NCBI GenBank assembly: GCA_029256085.1
Contig: JAQSYP010000003.1
Coordinates: forward strand, 127,193 to 191,192
Length of the DNA stretch: 64,000 nt
Source of the DNA: Bacillales bacterium
Lineage (GTDB): Bacteria; Bacillota; Bacilli; CAJFEE01
Direction: 5' to 3'
Shown here: positions 10,593 to 20,047 of the stretch, in pieces
How positions within the stretch are numbered: position 1 is the first letter of the stretch
Layout of the letters: every line of letters begins with the position of its first letter
The notes under the pieces: model-generated
Database searches by the model: none
Told to the model about the DNA's origin: nothing
The model's input: the letters and a program-made list of their open reading frames with translations, nothing else
Made by a program: the position numbers and the translations under genes

Positions 10593-10730
10593 ATAAATAA
10601 AATTTGACTCTAATAACCTTTATGAGGCAAAGTAATTAGAAGATAAATGTTCTTTAAAATAACATCTAAAATATAACTCTACTAGTTTTTATAGGGTGCT
10701 CATAAATAAATTTGGATTAGGGTTGGTTAA

Positions 10731-11933
10731 ATGCAGTCAATTCTTAGGGTTTTTTCTTTTGATATGATGTCTAAAATATTAATTGGTATTATTGGTATAT
10801 TATTAATAAGGTATATGGATACAAGTGAGTATGCTTTATATACTTTCTCATTATCTATTATTAATATAGTTGCTCAAACATTATCTAATACTTTCAGGCG
10901 TTTTTATATTGTTGGTTATGATAATGGGTTTAAGGATAAACAAATAGAGAGCTTTATTGGGGCACAGCTATTAATAATTATATGTTTTGCGCTATTCTTT
11001 ATATTCTATACACAAAAAGTTGATATAGTAGATTTTTTAATTATTAATACAATTTTTGGAATTACTTTTTTGGAATTTACAAAGACAATATTTCAGAGGG
11101 AACTTAACTTTAAACAATTTTCCAAAATAGAAATTGTAAGATCATTGACGTTTTTTTTTCTTACAATAATATTAATTTATACATTAAAGTATAATTTAAA
11201 TGCATGGCAAGTACTCCTAATACAATCGAACACAATGATTTTAATTACTGTTGCTTTTTTATGGAATAAAATTAAGATTAAAAATCTGTTAAAGTTTAAT
11301 GATTTTATACAAACTGGAAAAGAAATAGTTAGAGGACCATATAAATATTTAATATTTTATGTCTTTTTTTCTACTATTCTGTCACAATTAGATGTATTGA
11401 TGCTTAAATATTTATCAAATAATTATCACTTGGCAAACTATGGATCAGCCTTTAGATATTATTCTTTACTTTTACTTGCACTTGGTTCAATAAATTCCGT
11501 CCTTTTACCTGTGATTCAAAATATCAAAACCCGTAGCGAAGTAGACACTATTTACAGTAAGCATAATAAATTGTTAATTGTGTTTATTCCAATAGTCTTA
11601 TTAGGTGCTTGGTTATCAAATTGGGTCTTACCGATTATTGACATGGGCAAATACCCTGATGCAGTTTTTATATTTCAAATTTTAAGTTTTTCTGCAATAA
11701 TTTCATTTGTCTTTAGTCCACATACAAATTTCGTAATGAAGTTTGAAGATTTCAAATTTTTGTTTTGTATTATTATTGTAGCAGTAATTTTAAATATTAT
11801 ACTTAATCTTATTGCGATTCCTTTATATGGTTCAATAGGTGCTGCATTATCAACTTTAATCACTTTTGGATTTAGTAATTCTATGACATTTATACGTGCC
11901 CAAAAACACCGTAAATCTCTTCCGGTTTCTTAG
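10731..11933 (+). CDS. Wzx-type oligosaccharide flippase (MOP superfamily)
   Basis: 400-aa polytopic membrane protein of about 12 TM segments with a C-terminal LYGSIGAALSTLITF-type motif, located inside a glycan locus. Confidence 0.65.
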   Translation: MQSILRVFSFDMMSKILIGIIGILLIRYMDTSEYALYTFSLSIINIVAQTLSNTFRRFYIVGYDNGFKDKQIESFIGAQLLIIICFALFFIFYTQKVDIVDFLIINTIFGITFLEFTKTIFQRELNFKQFSKIEIVRSLTFFFLTIILIYTLKYNLNAWQVLLIQSNTMILITVAFLWNKIKIKNLLKFNDFIQTGKEIVRGPYKYLIFYVFFSTILSQLDVLMLKYLSNNYHLANYGSAFRYYSLLLLALGSINSVLLPVIQNIKTRSEVDTIYSKHNKLLIVFIPIVLLGAWLSNWVLPIIDMGKYPDAVFIFQILSFSAIISFVFSPHTNFVMKFEDFKFLFCIIIVAVILNIILNLIAIPLYGSIGAALSTLITFGFSNSMTFIRAQKHRKSLPVS

Positions 11934-12036
11934 ATTTAAATAATAAATTCTGTTTTTAAAAATATTAGATTATTTTGAATATTACTGTTTGGAACATAAA
12001 TTAAAGTAAAAACTGAAGTCATAAGGAAGTGTTCAT

Positions 12037-13407
12037 ATGTACAAAATTGCTGTGGCTGGAACAGGTTATGTTGGTTTAGTGGCTGGTGTTTGTTTTGCTG
12101 AGGTTGGCCATCAAGTTACCTGTGTTGATATAGATGAAGGAAAAGTAAATTTAATGGAATCTGGAATTTCTCCTATTTATGAAACAGGTTTAGAAGAGTT
12201 AATGCAAAAAAACTATTCTGCTGGAAGAATTAAGTATACAACAGATTTCAAGTCAGCCTATAAAGAAGCTGATGTAATTTTTATAGGTGTTGGTACACCT
12301 GAACAATCTGATGGTTCTGCAGATTTATCATACATTGCGACAGTAGCTAGACAGATTGCTGAATCTGTAGAAAAAGATTGTCTAGTTGTTGTAAAATCCA
12401 CAGTTCCAGTTGGTACAAATGATAAAGTTGAGCAGTTTATTCAAGACTTTTTAATCGAAAATGTGAGAATAGAAGTAGCATCCAACCCAGAATTCTTAGC
12501 GCAAGGGTCTGCTGTATACGATACATTGCATGCAGAAAGAATTATTATAGGAACAGAAAGTAAATGGGCTGAGGAATTACTTATGAAGATTTATGAGCCA
12601 TTCCACTTACCAATTGTTTCAGTAAATAGAAGATCAGCAGAAATGATCAAATATGCATCAAACGACTTCCTTGCACTCAAAATTTCTTATATGAATGATA
12701 TTGCTAATCTATGTGAATTGGTTGGAGCTGATATTCAAGATGTTGCAAAGGGTATGAGTTTTGATGAACGTATTGGTAGTAAGTTCTTAAATGCCGGTAT
12801 TGGATTTGGTGGATCGTGTTTCCCAAAAGATACTAAAGCACTTGAATATATTGCTAGACAGAATGGATATGAGCTTAAAACAGTTAAAGCTGCTATTGAT
12901 GTGAACAAAGAGCAAAAGACAATGTTATATAAAAAGGCCAGTAAAAGACTCATCACGTTTAATGGACTTAAAGTAGCAGTGTTAGGTCTAACCTTTAAAC
13001 CAGGAACAGACGATTTAAGAGAAGCTGCCTCTCTTGAAAATGTACCTTTATTATTAGAACAAGGAGCACATATTTTTGCATATGATCCTGTTGGAGCAGA
13101 AAACTTTGCTAAGGTACATCCAGAAGGTGAGAATGGCAAAGGCATTATTACCTATGTTCCAGATATTGAGCTGGCTTTAGATGGAGCTAATGTATGCTTT
13201 ATCTTTACCGAATGGGAAGAAATCAAAAGGGTAACTCCTGATTTATATAAAAAATTAATGAGAACTCCCTTAGTTTATGATGGGAGAAATATTTATTGTG
13301 TTGAGGAAATGCAACATGCAGGCATAGAATATCATTCAATTGGAAGAAAGCCTTCAATAAGAGTGCTTACAAAGGAGGCGAAGAAACTTGAATTACAAAA
13401 CTCTTGA
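12037..13407 (+). CDS. ugd: UDP-glucose 6-dehydrogenase
   Basis: MYKIAVAGTGYVGLV, the catalytic GFGGSCFPKD, and LGLTFKPGTDDLREA. Confidence 0.9.
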   Translation: MYKIAVAGTGYVGLVAGVCFAEVGHQVTCVDIDEGKVNLMESGISPIYETGLEELMQKNYSAGRIKYTTDFKSAYKEADVIFIGVGTPEQSDGSADLSYIATVARQIAESVEKDCLVVVKSTVPVGTNDKVEQFIQDFLIENVRIEVASNPEFLAQGSAVYDTLHAERIIIGTESKWAEELLMKIYEPFHLPIVSVNRRSAEMIKYASNDFLALKISYMNDIANLCELVGADIQDVAKGMSFDERIGSKFLNAGIGFGGSCFPKDTKALEYIARQNGYELKTVKAAIDVNKEQKTMLYKKASKRLITFNGLKVAVLGLTFKPGTDDLREAASLENVPLLLEQGAHIFAYDPVGAENFAKVHPEGENGKGIITYVPDIELALDGANVCFIFTEWEEIKRVTPDLYKKLMRTPLVYDGRNIYCVEEMQHAGIEYHSIGRKPSIRVLTKEAKKLELQNS

Positions 13408-14413
13408 TTTTAACAAAGTATATTTAATCACAGGAGTAGCAGGTTTTATTGGATACTTTTTATCTAGGAGATTACTTGAACAAGGTTGCAAGGTGATTGG
13501 TATAGATAATATCAATGATTACTATGATGTGAACCTTAAACACACTCGTTTAAGTCAACTTGAACCTTTTGAGAAATTTACTTTTGTTAGAGGAGACATA
13601 TCAGACAAGGATATAGTGATGCAGACCTTTAAGGATAGTAAGCCTAATGTGGTAATAAACCTTGCTGCCCAAGCGGGGGTGCGTTATTCAATAGAGAATC
13701 CGGATGTATATATTCAAAGTAACATTATTGGTTTTTATAACATACTTGAAGCATGTAGATACCATCCAGTAGAACATCTTGTATATGCTTCATCTAGTTC
13801 TGTTTACGGAGCTAATAAGAAGGTCCCATTTGAAGAGAGAGACTTCGTAGATAATCCAGTATCACTTTATGCATCTACTAAGAAATCTAATGAATTAATG
13901 GCTCATACCTATAGTCACCTTTATAAGATTCCCGCAACAGGGCTTCGATTTTTTACTGTCTATGGACCTATGGGAAGGCCAGATATGGCTTACTTTGGAT
14001 TTACAGATAGATATTTTGCTGGTGAGCCAATAAAAATTTTTAATAATGGTGATTTTGAAAATGACCTTTATAGGGATTTCACTTATATTGATGATATTGT
14101 AGAAGGAATTGAACGTCTTATTAGTAATCCACCTACAGATGGTGTTCAACATAAAGTTTTAAATATTGGTAACAACAGTCCAGAAAAGTTAATGACATTC
14201 ATAAGTACACTAGAGAGAGCATTAAGTAATGCATTAGGTAGAGAAGTGGTGTTTGAAAAGATTTTTGAACCCATCAAGCTTGGAGATGTACCAGCTACTT
14301 ATGCATCTACTGATTTGTTACAAAAAGCAGTTGGATTTAAGCCTAAGACTTCTATTGAAGATGGGCTTCAGAGGTTCGCTGATTGGTATGTGGATTATTA
14401 TAAGGTACAATAA
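13388..14413 (+). CDS. UDP-glucuronate 4-epimerase (NAD-dependent epimerase family)
   Basis: ITGVAGFIGYFL, YASTKKSNELMAHTYSHLY and RFFTVYGPMGRPDMA. TTG start 9 nt after AAGGAGG; it overlaps the ugd 3' end by 20 nt. Confidence 0.8.
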   Translation: MNYKTLDFNKVYLITGVAGFIGYFLSRRLLEQGCKVIGIDNINDYYDVNLKHTRLSQLEPFEKFTFVRGDISDKDIVMQTFKDSKPNVVINLAAQAGVRYSIENPDVYIQSNIIGFYNILEACRYHPVEHLVYASSSSVYGANKKVPFEERDFVDNPVSLYASTKKSNELMAHTYSHLYKIPATGLRFFTVYGPMGRPDMAYFGFTDRYFAGEPIKIFNNGDFENDLYRDFTYIDDIVEGIERLISNPPTDGVQHKVLNIGNNSPEKLMTFISTLERALSNALGREVVFEKIFEPIKLGDVPATYASTDLLQKAVGFKPKTSIEDGLQRFADWYVDYYKVQ

Positions 14414-14597
14414 TAACTAAATATTTTATCTTATTCATGTTAGTGAATTTTTGTGCTTGAAAAGTTAAAGGGTATATTTAACCATTGGCAGAATAACTAT
14501 TAGAGTTATGTAACGGTATTAGAACAATAAAGTACTTTTAATAATTATCGATGATTATTAAGTGTAAACCTTGAACAATATGAAAAAGGTGATTTCT

Positions 14598-15485
14598 ATG
14601 AAACTACGCAAAGCCATAATTCCAGCAGCAGGTTTAGGCACAAGATTCCTACCAGCTACTAAAGCACAGCCAAAGGAAATGCTGCCAATCGTGGACAAGC
14701 CTACACTTCAATATATTATAGAAGAAGCTGTAAAGTCGGGGATTGAAGAGATACTTATTATTACTGGTCGTAATAAAAAAAGTATTGAGGACCATTTTGA
14801 TAAGTCTGTTGAGCTAGAACTTGAACTGGAATCTAAAGGTAAATATGAACTATTAGAAGAGGTTAGAAAAATCTCTGATATGGTAAATATTCATTATATC
14901 CGCCAAAAGGAACCTAAAGGCTTAGGACATGCTATTTATTGTGCAAAGAGTTTTATCGGTAATGAGCCATTTGCAGTTATGCTTGGGGATGACATTGTAG
15001 AAAACGATAAGCCGTGCCTTGAACAAATGATAGAAATGTATGATCAGTACAAGACATCAATTTTAGGAGTTCAAGAGATTCCAAAAGAAGATGTAAATAA
15101 ATATGGTATCGTTAACGGTAATTTCATTGAAGATAGAATTTACAAAGTGAAAGATTTGGTAGAGAAACCAAGCAAAGAAGAAGCACCATCTAATCTGGCT
15201 ATACTAGGGAGATATATAATTAGTCCTTCGATTTTTGAGATACTTGAACATACTCAACCTGGTAAAGGTGGGGAAATTCAACTTACTGATGCACTAATGG
15301 AGCTTGCTCAAAAAGAAGCAATGTATGCATATAATTTCGAAGGTAGAAGGTACGATGTTGGAGATAAGCAAGGCTTCCTTGAGGCTACTGTAGAGTATGC
15401 TCTGAGAAATGAAGATCTTAGAGATGATTTTCTAAAGTATTTAGTTAAAATTGTTGAAAAAGAAGTTGCAGTTACAAAGGTATAA
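14598..15485 (+). CDS. gtaB: UTP-glucose-1-phosphate uridylyltransferase
   Basis: MKLRKAIIPAAGLGTRFLPATKAQPKEMLPIVDKPTLQYIIEEA is nearly colinear with B. subtilis GtaB. ATG at 14598 follows AAAGGTG. Confidence 0.92.
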   Translation: MKLRKAIIPAAGLGTRFLPATKAQPKEMLPIVDKPTLQYIIEEAVKSGIEEILIITGRNKKSIEDHFDKSVELELELESKGKYELLEEVRKISDMVNIHYIRQKEPKGLGHAIYCAKSFIGNEPFAVMLGDDIVENDKPCLEQMIEMYDQYKTSILGVQEIPKEDVNKYGIVNGNFIEDRIYKVKDLVEKPSKEEAPSNLAILGRYIISPSIFEILEHTQPGKGGEIQLTDALMELAQKEAMYAYNFEGRRYDVGDKQGFLEATVEYALRNEDLRDDFLKYLVKIVEKEVAVTKV

Positions 15486-15487
15486 TT

Positions 15488-15916
15488 ATGAAAAGAAAAA
15501 TATTTAATACTTCATGGGTAGTCGTCCTTCTATGGATGGCTCTTATTTTTTACCTATCACATCAACCGGCTGGAGAATCAGATCAACTTAGTTCAAGTGT
15601 TTCAAAATTTATTTACAAGATTATAAATGAACTGCTACCTATTATTAATTCAATCGACCTGAATTACTACATTAGAAAAGTGGCTCATTTTACAGAATAT
15701 CTCATTCTTGGATTTCTATTAGAAAATGCGTTAAAGAAACGATTGGTCTATACCTTACTATTTTGTATCCTCTATGCAATTTCAGACGAAGTCCATCAAG
15801 CATTTATCCCTGGAAGAGGTCCGGGTGTGATGGATGTTCTAATTGATAGCTCTGGAGCCCTCTTCGGAATTATAACTTACAAACAAATATTTAAACTTAA
15901 AACTCCTAGGACATAA
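15488..15916 (+). CDS. VanZ-family membrane protein
   Basis: Small 4-TM protein with KVAHFTEYLILGFLL and SDEVHQAFIPGR motifs. Confidence 0.7.
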   Translation: MKRKIFNTSWVVVLLWMALIFYLSHQPAGESDQLSSSVSKFIYKIINELLPIINSIDLNYYIRKVAHFTEYLILGFLLENALKKRLVYTLLFCILYAISDEVHQAFIPGRGPGVMDVLIDSSGALFGIITYKQIFKLKTPRT

Positions 15917-15934
15917 AACGTCCTAGGAGTTTTA
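15901..15934. terminator. Bidirectional intrinsic terminator between convergent genes
   Basis: Perfect 12-bp stem AACTCCTAGGAC / GTCCTAGGAGTT with loop ATAAAAC, followed by TTT. The vanZ-like stop codon lies in the loop and the minus-strand gene stop abuts the stem. Confidence 0.7.
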
Positions 15935-16558
15935 ATACTTATTTAACAATGCATCCTTTGCTTTATTTATTAAAGCAGTTTCTCTCTCATCCTTCATTGT
16001 TTCATAATTCTCTTTAAGTAATTCTGCTTTCTCAGGATCAAGACCATTTCTTTTCAAGTCACCTTGCAAAGCACTGTAAATGTAGCTAAATGTTTCGTCA
16101 GTTTCAGCTTCTAACCTTTTAGCGGCGAGATTGTACTTTCGGTAATAGTAAGCAAAAGGCTTATTTTCTCCACTCGCTACATTATCTTTATACTCACTAA
16201 TCGCAGTGGCAACTAATAAGTCAACTTTTTTGTTATATTCTACTTGTAATGAATCTAAGGGTTGTTGATAATATTCTATTATAGATTCTGCTAGAGTTTC
16301 ATTATCTTTATATTTTCGGCTAATGTCTGAATCGGTATTTGCTTTCTTATTTTCTATCTGTAACTTAGTTGGTGAATCAACATTTTCTCGTTTATCATCT
16401 TCTGGCAATTTTATATCATACTTACTATTAACAATTTCATCAACATTCTTATCAGCAATATCAAATGTTTTTATACTAAAGGAGTAATATAGGAATCCAA
16501 ATGTCGTAAATACAATCAACAGTAATATTATTATAGATATTTTTCGGGTGTTATTCAT
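15932..16558 (-). CDS. Hypothetical membrane-anchored protein (one N-terminal TM segment, charged helical ectodomain)
   Basis: 208-aa ORF. RBS GGGGGG sits upstream on the minus strand (CCCCCC at 16566-16571). I recognised no family motif. Confidence 0.5.
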   Translation of the reverse strand: MNNTRKISIIILLLIVFTTFGFLYYSFSIKTFDIADKNVDEIVNSKYDIKLPEDDKRENVDSPTKLQIENKKANTDSDISRKYKDNETLAESIIEYYQQPLDSLQVEYNKKVDLLVATAISEYKDNVASGENKPFAYYYRKYNLAAKRLEAETDETFSYIYSALQGDLKRNGLDPEKAELLKENYETMKDERETALINKAKDALLNKY

Positions 16559-16717
16559 TTTAATCCCCCCAAAAAATATGATTAGATAAAAAACCTACTC
16601 ATTTTATTATATGGGAATATGATTATAGGGGTACAGGAAAATACTCACAGTAAGATTGAAATTAGGATAAATGCATCATTCTGTGTTAATAATAACAAGG
16701 ACATTCTATGATTTCTA

Positions 16718-17689
16718 TTGGTGGTGTACCTTGTGAAAGAAAATAAAAATTCAGAAGCTCATAATGGGATCAATAAAAAGAAAAGATTTTGGATTACATT
16801 AGGAATTGTTATAAGTCTGTTACTATTAGGTCTAGGAGCCTATGCATACAATATATACAATAATATTGATAAGACATACAAACCTCTTAAAAGAGAAAAA
16901 TCAGAAAAACGTGAGATTAAAATATCTATTAAAAGAAATGACCCGATTGCTGTATTACTTCTTGGTGTTGATAAACGTAAAGGTGACAAAGGGCGTTCTG
17001 ACACTATGATCGTTACAACTATCAACCCTAAGGACAAAACAATGAAAATTTTAAGTATACCTAGGGATGCAAGAGTGGAAATTGTAGGTAAAGGAATACA
17101 AGATAAAATTAATCATTCTTTCGCCTTTGGTGGAGTAGAAATGTCAATTCATACGGTTGAAAAATTTTTAGACATTCCGATTGATTACTACATCCAACTT
17201 AATATGGAAGGTTTAGCTGAGATTATTGATCAAGTAGGAGGAATTCAAATAAATAGTCCTATTGCGTTTAGAGAAGGTGGTAGAAGTTTTATAGTAGGGA
17301 CAAATAATTTAAACGGCAAGGATGCACTTATATATGTAAGAATGAGGAAAAAGGATCCAAAGGGTGACTTTGGACGTCAAGAACGCCAAAGAATAGTCAT
17401 TGAAGAACTTCTTAATAGGTTAATCAGTGTTGATTCTGTACCTAGATTGAATGGAATCGTCCGATCTTTAGGAGATAATATTTCTACAAATTTAAAAGTT
17501 TCAGAAGCTATGGATATGCGTGAAGGTTACGGTCCAGCTCGAAATAATAATGAAACATTGAATTTAGAAGGAAGCGACCAAAAAATAAACGGCATTTATT
17601 ATTTTGTTCCGAAACAGGAATCCGTAGATGCAATAATTGCAACTTTTAAAAGAAATCTAGAATTAAATACCCAAACTAGTTCTGAATAA
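16718..17689 (+). CDS. LCP-family (LytR-CpsA-Psr) cell-wall glycopolymer ligase
   Basis: N-terminal TM segment, then LLLGVDKRKGDKGRSDTMIVTTINPKDKTMKILSIPRD and YVRMRKKDPKGDFGRQERQ. The start may be GTG at 16733 (after GGTGGTG). Confidence 0.85.
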   Translation: MVVYLVKENKNSEAHNGINKKKRFWITLGIVISLLLLGLGAYAYNIYNNIDKTYKPLKREKSEKREIKISIKRNDPIAVLLLGVDKRKGDKGRSDTMIVTTINPKDKTMKILSIPRDARVEIVGKGIQDKINHSFAFGGVEMSIHTVEKFLDIPIDYYIQLNMEGLAEIIDQVGGIQINSPIAFREGGRSFIVGTNNLNGKDALIYVRMRKKDPKGDFGRQERQRIVIEELLNRLISVDSVPRLNGIVRSLGDNISTNLKVSEAMDMREGYGPARNNNETLNLEGSDQKINGIYYFVPKQESVDAIIATFKRNLELNTQTSSE

Positions 17690-18079
17690 CTTAGCGCTAG
17701 TTTTTTTTATATTTCTTGTACTTTTTAATGGATTATGCCTATTTTTTGCTACTACTCACTAATTTAATCTATCTGCAAACTAAAATAATTTTGTCTTCCA
17801 AGTATCCGTTCTATCGATCACTTTTACATTTTTCTATCAACCGTTTTTTTGAAAAATCTATTTATATTCTTAAAAATATTATTAATTCTATTTTACCGAT
17901 AAACATAATAGGTGAAGGTTTGACAACATCAGACAGACAACCCTATTAATTTTGAATAAAATGTTACAAAATGTCGTGAACTTTTTTTGAATTTTTAAAC
18001 AATTTAAGTTCAAAAATGAATTTTATGTGATATATTATCGTAAGACTACTAAATTTTGGAAATTTGGAAAGGGATTCAT

Positions 18080-18754
18080 ATGTCTAATAAGAAGCAAGGA
18101 ACCATAATTGGATTAGGATTAGGGATTGTCCAAATAGCTATTGTCAGTCTTATAATTTCCAAGTATGTAACTATGAGTGAATGGTATGTATTCATTCCGT
18201 TAGTTGCTCTTATTGTCATACCTGCATATTTAGGGTCTGTTCTTGATGAATGGAAAGAAAGAGCAGAAGTCGATTCTTTAACTAACGTCCTTAACCGTAG
18301 ATGTTTAACGTCAAGTTTTTCAAAGTTTGCTAAAACATCACTAAAGCAAAAGAAAAAATGTGCGTTATTTGTTTTAGATGTTAATGATTTTAAAGGTATT
18401 AATGATACAAAAGGCCACATGTTCGGTGATAGAGTCCTAGCGGAAATCGCATCATCACTTAAAACATGCTTAAGGTCAAATGATTTAATAGTTAGATGGG
18501 GTGGAGATGAATTTATAGTCCTAACCCAGATAAATAATAATGGTAACCTTGATGATGTTAAGGCTAGAATCAAAAAAGAAATGATTGCGGTTTCAAAAAG
18601 AGTTAAAGTCCAAGTGGATGTTTCGATTGGTCATTCTGTTTTCCCAGATCAAGGGAAAAAGCTTGGTAAATTAATACAGGCTGCGGATGCAAACATGTAC
18701 GAAAACAAACAATACAGATTAAAAATAGTTGAAAATAGCCGACAAGAGGCATAA
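18080..18754 (+). CDS. Diguanylate cyclase (two TM segments plus GGDEF domain) with an intact I-site
   Basis: RSND-LIVRW-GGDEF gives RxxD exactly 5 residues before GGDEF. Also DVNDFKGINDTKGHMFGD. ATG at 18080 follows GGAAAGGGA. Confidence 0.85.
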   Translation: MSNKKQGTIIGLGLGIVQIAIVSLIISKYVTMSEWYVFIPLVALIVIPAYLGSVLDEWKERAEVDSLTNVLNRRCLTSSFSKFAKTSLKQKKKCALFVLDVNDFKGINDTKGHMFGDRVLAEIASSLKTCLRSNDLIVRWGGDEFIVLTQINNNGNLDDVKARIKKEMIAVSKRVKVQVDVSIGHSVFPDQGKKLGKLIQAADANMYENKQYRLKIVENSRQEA

Positions 18755-18764
18755 ATGTTAAACT

Positions 18765-18797
18765 AAAGTGGTAGCTTATAATAGCACCACTTTTTTT
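18765..18797 (+). terminator. Intrinsic terminator after the GGDEF gene
   Basis: Stem AAAGTGGT(A)GCT / AGCACCACTTT with one bulge, followed by a T7 run. Confidence 0.6.
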
Positions 18798-18899
18798 GCT
18801 ATAGGGAAGTAAAAAATTTTGCGTGGTTCATACTTTACTAACGCATAAGTGCAGCTATGGTTCTGCCATCGCTGAGTTTTCTTTATTTGGAGGTATCAA

Positions 18900-20030
18900 A
18901 TGAAATTAGTTTATAGAATAGTATTGCTCATTTTAATTGTGGGCTATGTCGCACACGCGGCTGTGACAACAAGTTTAGCTAACAGCACACAAAAATCAAC
19001 TCCCGCAACCAAGCTTAATAATGAAATAAAAACTTCAGCAAAACCTCAACCAACATCGCAAAAAACTACTCCAGAGAAGAAGGCTATAGATCAAAAGATA
19101 GTACTTGCATTTGCTGGTGACATCCTTTTAGATGGTTCAGTAAAACAAGCCATTAAACTAAAGGGTGTTGATTATCCTTTTAAATTTGTAAAAAACAGTA
19201 TTACGTCTGCAGATTTCGCTGTGGCTAACCTAGAAAATCCTATTACATATCGTACTAAGAAGGACACAATACAAATTTACAATTTCAAAGCAGATCATAA
19301 TAGCATTATTGGGGTAAAAAATGCTGGCTTTGATCTCGTTTCACTCGCAAACAATCATGCACTTGATTATTATGAAGGTGGATTGTTGGACACTATTGGT
19401 TATTTAAATAAAGCAAAAATGCCATATATTGGCGCAGGGAAAAATTCTAGTGAGGCATTCAAATCTCATACAATTATAGTCAAAGGCAAAACAATTAAGT
19501 TTCTTGCATTTTCAAGATTTTTGCCGTCATCTAGATGGCATGCAACTAATAAGAAACCTGGAGTAGCTAGTGCCTATAATATGAAATATGTTTATGAAAC
19601 TATCAAAAAAGAAAAAGCACAATCTGCTATTTTAATAGTTTATATGCATTGGGGTAAAGAAAAGTCTAGTATGCCGTTAGATTTCCAACGACCACAATCT
19701 AAAGCAATGATAGATGCGGGTGCAGATGCAATTGTTTCGAGTCATCCACATGTTTTGCAAGGATTCGAAATCTATAAAGGAAAACCAATAGCTTACTCCA
19801 TCGGTAACTTTCTTTTTCCAGATTACGTGAAAGGCCCTAGTGCACAAACAGGAATTTATAGATTAACTATAGATAGCAAAAACAACATTACACCTAGTTT
19901 CGAACCTTTCCTAATTAAGGGAAATCAAATAATTCCTATTTCACAGAAAGAAAAAGAAGGAATCTGGAATTATTTAAAGAAAATATCTTTTAGAGCGAAC
20001 GTAAATAAAGGGATTATATCTGGTTATTAA
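18900..20030 (+). CDS. CapA-family (PGA_cap / metallophosphatase-like) secreted or membrane-anchored protein
   Basis: Signal/anchor sequence, a T/S/P/K-rich linker, then LAFAGDILLDG, VANLENPIT, LANNHALDY, YMHWGKE and SSHPHVLQG. Confidence 0.75.
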   Translation: MKLVYRIVLLILIVGYVAHAAVTTSLANSTQKSTPATKLNNEIKTSAKPQPTSQKTTPEKKAIDQKIVLAFAGDILLDGSVKQAIKLKGVDYPFKFVKNSITSADFAVANLENPITYRTKKDTIQIYNFKADHNSIIGVKNAGFDLVSLANNHALDYYEGGLLDTIGYLNKAKMPYIGAGKNSSEAFKSHTIIVKGKTIKFLAFSRFLPSSRWHATNKKPGVASAYNMKYVYETIKKEKAQSAILIVYMHWGKEKSSMPLDFQRPQSKAMIDAGADAIVSSHPHVLQGFEIYKGKPIAYSIGNFLFPDYVKGPSAQTGIYRLTIDSKNNITPSFEPFLIKGNQIIPISQKEKEGIWNYLKKISFRANVNKGIISGY

Positions 20031-20047
20031 GTTCTAGAGGTGTAATA

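Noticed and set aside
12735-13145. Antisense ORFs of 60-165 aa inside conserved genes. This one lies within ugd. Others are at 2079-2315, 3018-3392, 6221-6517, 18076-18573, 30887-31192, 33560-33919, 44646-44966, 50296-50664, 53094-53447, 57260-57544, 60068-60430, 60586-60942 and 62199-62483.
   Set aside because: All lie opposite strongly supported coding frames, lack RBS signals, and have compositions expected of shadow frames. I found no evidence of independent function.
17716-17949. 77-aa ORF in the LCP-GGDEF spacer
   Set aside because: It has a TTG start, no Shine-Dalgarno sequence, and a low-complexity product (L/I/F/Y-rich) typical of a random AT-rich reading frame.
18798-18899. c-di-GMP riboswitch upstream of the capA-like / HD-GYP operon (and in 17690-18079)
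   Set aside because: I could not find the conserved GEMM-I or GEMM-II core sequences or helices by eye. Only a short TGCGT/ACGCA pairing is present. An Infernal/Rfam scan is needed before any claim.
18900-20030. Poly-gamma-glutamate capsule operon, suggested by the CapA-family gene
   Set aside because: No PgsB/CapB ligase or PgsC/CapC gene is present in the window. The neighbours are an HD-GYP gene and a ComFB-like gene.
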